The notes beneath the pieces were generated by a model. That model was not told where the DNA came from. It was given only the letters and a program-made list of their open reading frames with translations, and did no database searches. This document shows positions 1-8,291 of a stretch of 35,707 bases of DNA, one piece after another; position 1 is the first letter of the stretch, and each line of letters begins with the position of its first letter. The stretch covers positions 1 to 35,707 of the forward strand of contig JAUVGT010000001.1 in assembly GCA_030593645.1 (NCBI GenBank), read 5' to 3'. Both the position numbers and the translations under genes were made by a program. Source of the DNA: Deltaproteobacteria bacterium (GTDB lineage Bacteria > Desulfobacterota > Desulfobacteria > Desulfobacterales > JAUVGT01).

Positions 1-139
1 CCACTTCTTCCTGGCCCACATATTCAGAGAACGTTTCAGGCCGGAGAGACATGATTTCAGGTTCCTGGTCGACAGGAAGACATGTACCTGAGATAAGGCT
101 GCGATCGTCAGAAGAACGGGTAATGATATCGTCTGTCAT
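1..139 (-). CDS. ruvB: Holliday junction helicase RuvB, N-terminal fragment (runs off the window)
   Basis: There is a minus-strand ATG at 139, 12 nt after the ruvA stop. My translation is MTDDIITRSSDDRSLISGTCLPVDQEPEIMSLRPETFSEYVGQEEV. It ends in the LRP-x4-EY(I/V)GQ motif typical of RuvB N-termini. The ruvC-ruvA-ruvB gene order supports the call. It is too short to appear in the ORF track. Confidence 0.8.
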   Translation of the reverse strand, partial: MTDDIITRSSDDRSLISGTCLPVDQEPEIMSLRPETFSEYVGQEEV

Positions 140-150
140 ATGTTTTTGTC

Positions 151-762
151 TTATGTTTCGCCTTTGAAAACTTCATCAATGAGTTCTTCAGCGGTTGAAA
201 TCGCGCTGTTTCTTTTTAGTGCCGCACTGATCATTTTATTTGCGTCTGCTGCTTTATGGCCAAGCTTCGAGATCAGTACATCAAGCACCGATTTTGCAAA
301 ATCGGTTTCCCGGTACGTTTCGGATTTCTTCTCATCCGGGGAAAGCGCGAAACGATCCATTTTACCTGATAAAGCGGCAATAATCTTCTGGGCGGTTCTG
401 TCGCCGATACCTTTGAGCTGTTTTAACCGGGCTGAATCCCCGGCTTCGATGGCATTCGCGATTTCACTTATGGGAACGTTCATGGCTTTGACCGCCTTGA
501 GCGGCCCGATATCCCCTACTGAAATAAAATTCTGAAAAAATTCTTTTTCTTCTTCATTATTAAATCCGATCAGGACCGGTTTTGGCTGTCTTTCGGTTTG
601 CTGGAAATAAATATACAAAGAGATTTTTTCCCCGATGGAAATTGAATTTAAGGAATCCATAATAATCGAAGGGATCAGAATTTCGTAGCCGACCTGGTTG
701 GCCAGCAGGAGAATCCGGTCACCTTCAATTTTTAACAGGGTTCCTTCCAGGTATCCGATCAT
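151..762 (-). CDS. ruvA: Holliday junction DNA helicase subunit RuvA
   Basis: The ORF-track entry is 151..807. The canonical RuvA N-terminus MIGYLEGTL begins at the internal ATG at 762. The 15-aa extension from the GTG at 807 is encoded by a repeat-A end fragment. Helix-hairpin-helix-like segments (GIGDRTAQKII) are present. Confidence 0.9.
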   Translation of the reverse strand: MIGYLEGTLLKIEGDRILLLANQVGYEILIPSIIMDSLNSISIGEKISLYIYFQQTERQPKPVLIGFNNEEEKEFFQNFISVGDIGPLKAVKAMNVPISEIANAIEAGDSARLKQLKGIGDRTAQKIIAALSGKMDRFALSPDEKKSETYRETDFAKSVLDVLISKLGHKAADANKMISAALKRNSAISTAEELIDEVFKGET

Positions 763-766
763 AACA

Positions 767-788
767 GTGATGGTCTCGTAAAAAGTAA
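767..788 (-). repeat. Solo terminal-repeat fragment of repeat family A
   Basis: The plus-strand sequence gtgatggtctcgtaaaaagtaa matches the end of the copy at 35367 (ttgatggtctcgtaaaaagtcc) at 19 of 22 positions. It lies between the ruvC stop (804) and the ruvA start (762). Confidence 0.6.
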
Positions 789-803
789 CTTTCAAAATCC
801 GTA

Positions 804-1286
804 TCACATACCGTTGTTGCTTCGGTATAAACCGATCAGGGCCAATCCCAAAGCATCTGAAGCGTGATATGGCCTTATGGGTTCATCCAGATTCAGCTTA
901 TGGCGCACTGATTTTTCAAGCTGTATCTTACTGGCATTCCCATTCCCGGTCAAGACCTGTTTGGCTTCCCGAACAGGAATTTCAATGGCCTTCACATTGG
1001 TCTGAAATCCCGCGAGGAGAATGATGCCGGAGACCTGTCCCAGGGTGATGCCTGATTTTGGATATTTTTGAAGGGAAAATACGTCTTCAACAACCATAAG
1101 ATCGGGTTTTTCATCACGCAGAAAGGAATGAAGTTTTGAATAAATTTGATTGAGTCGGTCCGGCAGGGAGCATGTTTTGGGAGTATTGATACTCCCAAAT
1201 GAAAATCCTTCAATGTGAAGTCCATGCCCTTTCACAATCCCGATTCCTGTCGCGGCCAATCCGGGATCTATACCAATGACTTTCAA
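804..1286 (-). CDS. ruvC: Crossover junction endodeoxyribonuclease RuvC
   Basis: The 160-aa product starts M(K)VIGIDPGLAATGIGIV, an RNase-H-fold RuvC N-terminus, and ends in a HASDALGLAL-type motif. The start codon is TTG. Confidence 0.9.
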   Translation of the reverse strand: MKVIGIDPGLAATGIGIVKGHGLHIEGFSFGSINTPKTCSLPDRLNQIYSKLHSFLRDEKPDLMVVEDVFSLQKYPKSGITLGQVSGIILLAGFQTNVKAIEIPVREAKQVLTGNGNASKIQLEKSVRHKLNLDEPIRPYHASDALGLALIGLYRSNNGM

Positions 1287-1365
1287 CGGTTAAATTCTCT
1301 TAAATGGTGCGAATGGGTGTCCGTAAAATTCGAGGTGTGATGATTTTTTCATGTTTCATTAAAAT

Positions 1366-2199
1366 TTATTTGATCTTTTTCAGGTTTTTCTTCGCGATTT
1401 TTGCCTGGCTTGATTTCGGGTACTTTTTGATCAGCAGTTTAAAAAGAGTACGCGCATTTTTTTTGTCGCCGAGTTTTAAAAACGCGTATCCCTGTTTCAG
1501 CATTGAGTCTTTTACCTTGTTTCCTTTTGAATAATTTTCAATCACTTTCTGATATTCAATGATTGACTCTTTATACATTTTATTCCGATAGTAGATTTCA
1601 CCGATCCAGAACTGGGCATTGTCGGCGTTCTTGGATTCCGGATACGTCTTGATCAGTTCCTGGAACAAATCGAGCGCGTCTTCAAACTTATTTTTTTCAA
1701 AGGCCTTCCGGGCGGAATCGTAGAGTTCAGTTTCGGAAAGTTCTTTTTTATCACCATTATCAGACCCGGGTGTTTTTTCGTTTTCAGCCGCAGCTTTGAT
1801 ATCGGCTCCGTCAATATCGAGGAATTTCTCAAGGCTTCTGATATGCTCCTTGTTGGCTTTGGCTTCTTTTTCCAGCCGGTCAAATCTTGCCATCATTAAT
1901 TGATCTGATTTTTCTCCGCTCTTTTTTACCTTCTTGATCGCGAACTCAATTTCTTCGAGTCTTCCGTTCATTTTTTGAAGCTCTGTCTGTAAATCTTTGA
2001 ACCTAACGCCAAGTCCCGCAGACTGTGATCTGAGCTTTTTGACCCGGATTTTCTCTTCCTCATCTGAAGAAGAATAAAGGGCTTCAAGTTCTGCCAGACG
2101 CTGATCAAGAATAATTATATCTTCCCGCGGCGCACATCCTGTGAAAAAAAACACTGCTGCTGCCATTAGACTAAACAGAATATATATTGTTGATTTCAT
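1366..2199 (-). CDS. cpoB: Tol-Pal system protein YbgF/CpoB (coiled coil plus TPR, lipoprotein-like signal)
   Basis: The 277-aa product has a signal sequence with FFFTGC. It has an N-terminal coiled coil and C-terminal TPR repeats (AQFWIGEIYYRNKMYKESIIEYQKVI, LKLGDKKNARTLFKLLIKKYP). It sits immediately downstream of pal. Confidence 0.8.
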   Translation of the reverse strand: MKSTIYILFSLMAAAVFFFTGCAPREDIIILDQRLAELEALYSSSDEEEKIRVKKLRSQSAGLGVRFKDLQTELQKMNGRLEEIEFAIKKVKKSGEKSDQLMMARFDRLEKEAKANKEHIRSLEKFLDIDGADIKAAAENEKTPGSDNGDKKELSETELYDSARKAFEKNKFEDALDLFQELIKTYPESKNADNAQFWIGEIYYRNKMYKESIIEYQKVIENYSKGNKVKDSMLKQGYAFLKLGDKKNARTLFKLLIKKYPKSSQAKIAKKNLKKIK

Positions 2200-2314
2200 A
2201 ACAGAGGTATCATCTTTATGGGTTACGCCAAATCACCAATCCACCGGCGTGAATGACATTGTTAGGGTGCGGATAGATTTTTATCCAGTCCGGCAGCCTG
2301 GAAGCGATATGCCT

Positions 2315-2357
2315 AAATATAAATGTCATGCGGCGGAAATCAGCACGCCGCATGACA
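2315..2357 (-). terminator. Intrinsic terminator-like hairpin after the distal pal
   Basis: A perfect 12-bp stem joins TGTCATGCGGCG (2324-2335) and CGCCGCATGACA (2346-2357) with a 10-nt loop. On the minus strand it is followed by TTTATATTT. It begins 16 nt after the pal stop codon. Confidence 0.6.
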
Positions 2358-2373
2358 ATGGTAATGATGATGT

Positions 2374-2925
2374 TTAATCTGAAACAACGGTTGTGCGCCT
2401 GTTTTTTGCCCAGGCTTCTTCACTGCTTCCTTCATCTGCCGGGCGTTCTTCACCGTAGCTGACCGTTGAAACCCTGTTAGCGGCGACTCCAAGGTCAATA
2501 AGAAATGATTTCGCCGACTGGGCGCGTTTATCACCCAACGTAAGGTTGTATTCATTGGTGCCGCGTTCATCGCAATGACCTTCCATGGTGATATACACAT
2601 CAGCATTCTCACCCATGAACTCGGCTTTTCGTGTGAGTACTTCCTGACCGTACGCGGTCAGCGAGGCTTTGTCAAATTCAAAATATACGTGTTCATTGTA
2701 GAAAATCTGTTCTTTTGTCATGCCTTCCGTATTAACTTTTATCGTACCGTCTGATGCACCAACCACAGGCTCAACAGGGGTGTCAGCTGGTTGATCAGGT
2801 GTGTCAGCTGGTTGATCAGATGTTTCCCCCTCCTGCTCATTTGCTGTGGTGGTACAGGATACGGTAAACAATAATCCCGGTATAATCAATACCAAAGCCA
2901 AACAAATCCATAACTTTTTCCTCAT
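2374..2925 (-). CDS. pal: Peptidoglycan-associated lipoprotein Pal (OmpA-like), distal paralog
   Basis: I place the start at the ATG at 2925, which is preceded by AAAGGAGGAG. The ORF-track start is 2958. The signal and lipobox read MRKKLWICLALVLIIPGLLFTVSC. The OmpA_C domain shows HCDERGTNEYNLTLGDKRA and VSYGEERP. Confidence 0.85.
   Translation of the reverse strand: MRKKLWICLALVLIIPGLLFTVSCTTTANEQEGETSDQPADTPDQPADTPVEPVVGASDGTIKVNTEGMTKEQIFYNEHVYFEFDKASLTAYGQEVLTRKAEFMGENADVYITMEGHCDERGTNEYNLTLGDKRAQSAKSFLIDLGVAANRVSTVSYGEERPADEGSSEEAWAKNRRTTVVSD
2778..2819. repeat. 2 x 21-bp in-frame tandem repeat inside pal
   Basis: The units g(g/t)gtgtcagctggttgatcag are repeated head to tail. They encode DQPADTP-DQPADTP in the Pal linker. 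Confidence 0.9.
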
Positions 2926-3034
2926 TTTTTCTCCTCCTTTTAAAAACAAACAGGTCATAGTTATTTAAATAATACGGTATCCACTTTATTGCCTGCCCGG
3001 TTCTGCCGACAGGCATATCCAATAATATCTTAAA

Positions 3035-3598
3035 TTAATCTGAACTGGCGACCGCGGCGCGCCTGTTTTTTGCCCAGGCTATTTCATTATGGCCTTCAAT
3101 ATCAGGGCGTTCTTCACCATAACTTACTGTGGAAACCCTGCCGGGATCCACTCCAAGGTCCACGAGAAACGCTTTTGTGCTTGCAGCACGCATGTCTCCC
3201 AGGGAAAGGTTGTATTCATTGGTACCGCGTTCATCGCAATGACCTTCGACGCTGACTGAAAGGTTAGGATTCTTTCGCATATATTCTGCTTTGAATGTGA
3301 GTATTTCCTGGCTGTTTTCGGTCAGAGTGGATCTATCGTATTCAAAGTATACCAGTTCCTTAAAGAACTTGTCCTGTTCATTCGCAAAAGTTGTTCCCGG
3401 AATAAATTCGCCGGTCGCGGAAATCGTTCCGTCTCCGCTTGAGGTGGTGCCGGCATCGGTGCCGCCGGTATCAGTCCCTGTACCATCAGATGTTGATTGA
3501 TCATCTGTTTTCACATTTTGTGTTTCACAGGATACCATAGTCAACAGCCCCGGTACAATTAACACCAAGGCTAAACAAATCCATAACTTATTCCTCAT
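3035..3598 (-). CDS. pal: Peptidoglycan-associated lipoprotein Pal (OmpA-like), proximal paralog
   Basis: I place the start at the ATG at 3598, which is preceded by AAAGGAGGAG. The ORF-track start at 3616 is TTG. The signal MRNKLWICLALVLIVPGLLTMVSC is nearly identical to the paralog's. The OmpA_C domain shows HCDERGTNEYNLSLGDMRA and VSYGEERP. Confidence 0.85.
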   Translation of the reverse strand: MRNKLWICLALVLIVPGLLTMVSCETQNVKTDDQSTSDGTGTDTGGTDAGTTSSGDGTISATGEFIPGTTFANEQDKFFKELVYFEYDRSTLTENSQEILTFKAEYMRKNPNLSVSVEGHCDERGTNEYNLSLGDMRAASTKAFLVDLGVDPGRVSTVSYGEERPDIEGHNEIAWAKNRRAAVASSD

Positions 3599-3642
3599 TT
3601 TTCTCCTCCTTTTCAAAACAATACATCTTGTTTACATCTTAG

Positions 3643-4977
3643 TTATTTTGTAAAACTTGGTGACCACTTTGGGTTTGACTGTTTGCCGGGCAGAGCGAGC
3701 AGCCGTTTTTGATCTGTTCCGTATGAAGTCATCACAAAAATCCTTGAACGCCCCTCACGTGTAGAACTGAATGCGATAAGGCTTCCGTCCGGGGACCATG
3801 TCGGCGATTCATTATTGCCGGATTTATCGGTCAGCCGGATCGGGTCCTGGTCTTCGATGCCGATGACGTAGATATTGCCCGATCCCTTTTCAATCGATGA
3901 GTACGTGATTCTATCACCCCTCGGAGACCAGCTTGGTTGTGTATTGTATTTACCGTGGAATGTCAGCCTTTCTGTCTGGCCGGTATTAACGTCCATGACA
4001 TAAATATGAGGGTTCCCTGAACGATCTGATACAAAAGCTATTTTTTGGCCGTCAGGGGACCATGTGGGTGATAAGTCACTGCCCCAGTTTCTTGTAAGTT
4101 TTCTAATCACTTTCCCGGTCCCAGTCAACAGATAAATTTTCTGGGCACCTGAAAATGACAGGGTAGCAGCCAGAACAAATTTCCCGGGTCTCCAGGCGGG
4201 GGATATGTTTAGGCCTTTTTTCGCGATCACAGCCCCTTTTTCCTGTTTTTTCAAATCTTTAATATAAATATCGGGTTTTCTCTTTAAAAACGATGTATAG
4301 GCCAGCCATTTGCCGTCCGAGGACCATGCCGGACTTATATTGATTGATTTATTATTTGTAAACTGCTTCGGACGATGACCGTCGAAATCGCAGGTATATA
4401 TTTCCTTGTTACCTGTACCGGTGGATACAAAAGCGATTTTGCTGTTAAAAATTCCACGGCTACCGGTAAAATGGCGAACGATCTCGGAACAAAAACGATG
4501 GATGATCTGCCGCTGGTCGCTGACGGTGCCCCTGTACCCTTTTCCGACCAGCCTCTTTCCCTTGACCGTATCAAAAAGGCGAAGCTCCAGTTTGATATTA
4601 TTACCGCTTAACTTGAGACCGCCTGTCACCAGAAAATCTGCGCCGATAGTAGACCAGTTCTGAAATTTGACCTTGTCCCTGGTAATGGCTGGATTTACAG
4701 GATCAACCAAATAGGCGCCTCGGTCAATGACATTAAAATATCTTGTAAATTCAAGTGATTCAATCATTAAATCAGACATCTGCTTGAACACAGGGGAGTC
4801 GGCAGCTGAGCCTGCAGTATTCACAAAAACAGGAATCGCGATGGGGATTTTTCTTGAAGACGGATTATCGATGTCAATGTAATTATAATTATCGTCATCC
4901 GCGATGCATGGATGGGTTAAAATCAGAATGAAAAAAATGGTACAGACAATTGCCGGTTTGATAAAATATCGAATCAT
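3643..4977 (-). CDS. tolB: Tol-Pal system beta-propeller protein TolB
   Basis: The 444-aa product has a signal peptide and a TolB N-domain. Repeated propeller motifs are present (SPAWSSDGKWLAY, SPTWSPDGQKIAFVSDRSG, PSWSPRGDRI, SPTWSPDGSLIAF). Confidence 0.92.
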   Translation of the reverse strand: MIRYFIKPAIVCTIFFILILTHPCIADDDNYNYIDIDNPSSRKIPIAIPVFVNTAGSAADSPVFKQMSDLMIESLEFTRYFNVIDRGAYLVDPVNPAITRDKVKFQNWSTIGADFLVTGGLKLSGNNIKLELRLFDTVKGKRLVGKGYRGTVSDQRQIIHRFCSEIVRHFTGSRGIFNSKIAFVSTGTGNKEIYTCDFDGHRPKQFTNNKSINISPAWSSDGKWLAYTSFLKRKPDIYIKDLKKQEKGAVIAKKGLNISPAWRPGKFVLAATLSFSGAQKIYLLTGTGKVIRKLTRNWGSDLSPTWSPDGQKIAFVSDRSGNPHIYVMDVNTGQTERLTFHGKYNTQPSWSPRGDRITYSSIEKGSGNIYVIGIEDQDPIRLTDKSGNNESPTWSPDGSLIAFSSTREGRSRIFVMTSYGTDQKRLLALPGKQSNPKWSPSFTK

Positions 4978-5035
4978 GTGAATAACCAGTTTTTTATTTA
5001 TTTTGAGTTTATAGCCATGCCATACTGTTTCATGT

Positions 5036-5836
5036 TTATTTTTTTACACCTTTTGTACCAAAATTAAAACCTATTTTATAAAAAGGCTTTCGGTATGCCC
5101 GGGGAAGTGGGGGCAGCGGATTCGATTTCATGATGGCGTTATAAGCCGAGTTATCCAGGTGCCTGTTGCCTGATTTCCTGTCAAACCAGATATCTACGAT
5201 TTCCCCGTTTGGTGCGATTTTTAACCCCAGTGTGGACACCAAGCTAGAAGCTTCTCCAGTATATGCCCAGTTATCTTGAATCTGAAAAGAGATCTCCGCT
5301 GCATAAATATCCATGATGCCGCCGCTGGACTGATTCCCGACACCCGTCCCGGTTCCATTCTTTCTGCTATTGGCCACTTCGTTTTTCAGACGTTCTATTA
5401 CATCATCCTGATCCTGATTTTCAACCTCTTTTTTCAGATCCTTAAGTGTTTCTTCCAAATCTGACGGATCCTGTTCATCCACTTCTTTTTTCAGCTTTGA
5501 TATGGCATCTTTGATTTCATTGGTGCTTATCTCTATTTTTTTTTTATCCTGTTTTTTTATCTTCTTTTTTTCTGGTGGTTTTTTAAGTATTTTTTTCTTG
5601 GGCTGTTTTTTTGGGGGTCTGTAAACGGTTTTACTTTCAGATTTCGGTGCCGGTATTGAAACAAGGCTGACACTCACCACATCTTTCATTCTGATTTTTT
5701 TGGGGCCGGTCAGCGCGGGAACAGTGATAACCGCCGCCATCAGGGCTGCATGGCACAGAACCGAAAATATAATATAAATAACCATACTGCCGGTCTGGTT
5801 TCCAGTAATCAGTCTGGAAGCGTTTGTGTGTTTCAT
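5036..5836 (-). CDS. TolA-like / TonB-family energy transducer
   Basis: The 266-aa product has one N-terminal TM segment and a Lys/Pro-rich spacer (PPKKQPKKKILKKPPEKKK). It has a TonB_C/TolA_C-like C-terminus (GNRHLDNSAYNAIMKSNPLPPLP). It lies between tolR and tolB. Confidence 0.65.
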   Translation of the reverse strand: MKHTNASRLITGNQTGSMVIYIIFSVLCHAALMAAVITVPALTGPKKIRMKDVVSVSLVSIPAPKSESKTVYRPPKKQPKKKILKKPPEKKKIKKQDKKKIEISTNEIKDAISKLKKEVDEQDPSDLEETLKDLKKEVENQDQDDVIERLKNEVANSRKNGTGTGVGNQSSGGIMDIYAAEISFQIQDNWAYTGEASSLVSTLGLKIAPNGEIVDIWFDRKSGNRHLDNSAYNAIMKSNPLPPLPRAYRKPFYKIGFNFGTKGVKK

Positions 5837-5905
5837 CTGTTACCTGTTGGCTGAGCGGGTATTTTTGTTTATGACCATAAAAATGATGGTTTCGTTTTTT
5901 ATTTA

Positions 5906-6331
5906 CTAATTGGTCTTCTTTTCGTCCTTGCTGATGGGTATGGTTACCATGCCGAGTTTTTCGACTCCGGCTCCTTTTATTTCGGACATCACTCGGACCA
6001 CGATCCCGTACGGAATGTCTTTGTCCGCTTTAAGATAGACTTCCTTGCTTTTCCTGTTTTTCAGGATCATGACTAGTTTCTTCTCAAGAAAATCGACAGA
6101 TACTTTAATATCATTTATATATACTTCGTTTTTGGCATTAATGGTGATCAGAAGGTATTCGTTTTTTGTGGGAAGGGTTTCGGATGAGGCTTCGGGCAGC
6201 GATACATCCACTCCCTGGATCATCATGGGCGTGGCAACCATAAAAATGATCAAAAGCACCAGCATGACATCCACAAAGGGTGTGACATTGATATCCGACA
6301 TATAGCTGTCATCACTGCCGCCGGCTTTCAT
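5906..6331 (-). CDS. tolR: Biopolymer transport protein TolR/ExbD
   Basis: The 141-aa product has the ExbD-family N-terminus INVTPFVDVMLVLLIIFMV. Its start overlaps the tolQ stop in an ATGA overlap. Confidence 0.85.
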   Translation of the reverse strand: MKAGGSDDSYMSDINVTPFVDVMLVLLIIFMVATPMMIQGVDVSLPEASSETLPTKNEYLLITINAKNEVYINDIKVSVDFLEKKLVMILKNRKSKEVYLKADKDIPYGIVVRVMSEIKGAGVEKLGMVTIPISKDEKKTN

Positions 6332-7053
6332 TTTCTTCCCCTTTCAGCCCTTAATATATCCCGTTCCACGATGTTAAGGAAATCCGCCGAAAAACTGATG
6401 AGTTCCGTCTCGATGACCTTAATCTTCGACATAAAATAATTAAAAGCAATGACAGCGGGTATCGCGACCGCAAGACCGGCAGCGGTGGCGATAAGCGCTT
6501 CTGAAATGCCGGGTGCGACTACAGCAAGATTTGCCGCGCCTGTTAACCCGATTTCATTAAATGAATTCATAATCCCCCATACCGTGCCAAAGAGGCCGAT
6601 AAAAGGGGTGGTATTACCGGTGGTCGCAAGAAACGGAACCATCTGGGTCAGCTTTGTCATCTCTGTATTGATGGCACGGCGTAAAGCTCTTTTCAGGTTT
6701 TCAGAACCCGAAACCCTCTCTCTTATGGTTATATCATCCACACTGGTTTGAGACATGGGCATCCCTGACTGGCTCAGTTTTTTCAATTCCAGATACCCCA
6801 CATGAAAGACCCGGGCCACGGGACTTTTCCTGAGTTGTTTGGCTTTTTTAAATGCGTTTGAAAGGTCGCGGCTTTTCCAGAAAAATTCGATGAAATAATC
6901 AGATTCCTTGAAGGCCTTTCCGATATACCTGGCCTTAATTAATATAATTGCCCATGACATAACAGAAAAGAAAAAGAGGAGAAGCAGGACGAACTGAACC
7001 ACCAGTCCGGCACTGGTTACAATGCCGATGATATCAATATCCGTAGAAAACAT
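6328..7053 (-). CDS. tolQ: MotA/TolQ/ExbB proton channel protein TolQ
   Basis: The 241-aa product has three TM segments. The conserved C-terminal region reads TTPFIGLFGTVWGIMNSF...APGISEALIATAAGL. Confidence 0.9.
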   Translation of the reverse strand: MFSTDIDIIGIVTSAGLVVQFVLLLLFFFSVMSWAIILIKARYIGKAFKESDYFIEFFWKSRDLSNAFKKAKQLRKSPVARVFHVGYLELKKLSQSGMPMSQTSVDDITIRERVSGSENLKRALRRAINTEMTKLTQMVPFLATTGNTTPFIGLFGTVWGIMNSFNEIGLTGAANLAVVAPGISEALIATAAGLAVAIPAVIAFNYFMSKIKVIETELISFSADFLNIVERDILRAERGRK

Positions 7054-7218
7054 AAAACAGCTCCTGGTTCAGGTAATTGTAAGGTGTATTCAATTGTGTT
7101 GCTAAAAGTTATAAAATACACCGAATGGTTTAAAATTTCAATACTTTTTATACAAGCCATGAACATGTGTCAAGTTATTTGGGTCTTAAACCATGCAACG
7201 TGTTGAAATTAAAGGATC

Positions 7219-7381
7219 AATATTGACGGTTTCGTAAAAAGTCCAACTTCTGCGTTGTGCTGCATTTTGCAATGATTCAACGTACGATAAGTACGCTTCA
7301 TCATTACAAAATTTGCACGCCTTGAATTTGAACTCTTTACGAAACCGTCTAATTCGGATTTTTTACGAGACCATCAATATT
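7219..7381 (+). repeat. Repeat family A, long form (MITE-like imperfect palindrome)
   Basis: The left end AATATTGACGGTTTCGTAAAAAGTCCAA matches the reverse complement of the right end TTCGGATTTTTTACGAGACCATCAATATT with about 4 mismatches in 28. The interior is an imperfect hairpin around CGTAC-GATAA-GTACG. A second inner copy of the end motif (CTCTTTACGAAACCGTC) lies at 7334-7350. Homologous copies lie at 17327, 25873 and 35367. Confidence 0.85.
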
Positions 7382-7641
7382 TTGCCTAACGATTAGAAAA
7401 GCGAAAAACATATGATAAAACAAATAGATACATATTCGGTGAAAAAAGGAAATCGAGTGTTCCCGCAGCGAAAGAAACCAAAGAGAAAAATGGTGGACGC
7501 TTGAAACTGGTTTTGCCACAGATGATACAATATGATATATGAGGAACGGGTTGTGAAGATAAAAAACAACTCACCGTAGAAGCGACCGGCTGCCTTCCGC
7601 TGTCGGACGCTTTTGGGATGAAAAAAATTACAGGAGAATTT

Positions 7642-8193
7642 ATGGAAAGTATTATCAATCTTTTATTTCAGGCAAGAATTCTTAAGGAAATACCGCGTTC
7701 CGGTTTTCATTTTCTCGGTTCGGGAAGAGAATCGGTTGCGGAACACTGCTTCGCGGTTACATTTATCGGTTATGTAATGGCTGAAATGGTCGCTGAAGCA
7801 GACGCGAAAAAACTGATTTCCATGTGTCTTGTGCATGATCTCGCGGAAGCCAGGATCGGTGATTTAAACTATGTACAAAAAAAATATGTGATTGCGGATG
7901 AAAAAAAAGCGGTTGAAGATACTGTCAGGGGTCTTCCTTTTGGTTCTTCTCTTTCATCCCTGATACAGGAGTTTAATGAAAATCTCACCCTTGAAGCCCA
8001 ACTGGCCCACGATGCCGATCAGATCGCCCTGATACTCGATTTAAAAAATCTTTCAGATATCGGCTACGGTTTGTCAAATAAATGGCTTCCCCCGGTATTG
8101 AAAAGGCTAACCACCGATACCGGGAGGATACTCGCTGAAAAAATAATGAATGTGAAACAGGATTCGTGGTGGATATCCGATTATTCTGATTAA
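7642..8193 (+). CDS. HD-domain phosphohydrolase (YfbR-like 5'-deoxynucleotidase family)
   Basis: I place the start at the ATG at 7642, with AGGAG 6 nt upstream. The ORF-track start is 7618. Motifs are RSGF...ESVAEHCF and CLVHDLAEARIGD (the HD motif). Confidence 0.75.
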   Translation: MESIINLLFQARILKEIPRSGFHFLGSGRESVAEHCFAVTFIGYVMAEMVAEADAKKLISMCLVHDLAEARIGDLNYVQKKYVIADEKKAVEDTVRGLPFGSSLSSLIQEFNENLTLEAQLAHDADQIALILDLKNLSDIGYGLSNKWLPPVLKRLTTDTGRILAEKIMNVKQDSWWISDYSD

Positions 8194-8229
8194 AACCACT
8201 TCAAAGTAACGGGTCATGATAAAATTGTA

Positions 8230-8258
8230 TTGACATGACTCATTTGACAAAATAAAAA
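8230..8258 (+). promoter_or_regulatory. Candidate sigma-70 promoter upstream of repeat B and sdhCAB
   Basis: TTGACA (8230-8235) is followed by a 17-nt spacer and TAAAAA (8253-8258). The -10 is weak and this is a by-eye match only. Confidence 0.25.
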
Positions 8259-8291
8259 ATGTACTCTTGTAATGAAGATGATTCACTAATT

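Noticed and set aside
7501-7541. Possible sigma-70 promoters for the HD gene (TTGAAA-19-TACAAT and TTGCCA-17-TATATG).
   Set aside because: The spacing or hexamer quality is poor. AT-rich DNA yields many such matches, so I did not report it as a feature.
7386-7658. A 90-aa minus-strand ORF in the tolQ/HD divergent region. A 30-aa basic plus-strand ORF also starts near 7411.
   Set aside because: Neither has a convincing SD or a recognisable family. The minus-strand ORF overlaps the HD gene start. This is more likely promoter/leader DNA.
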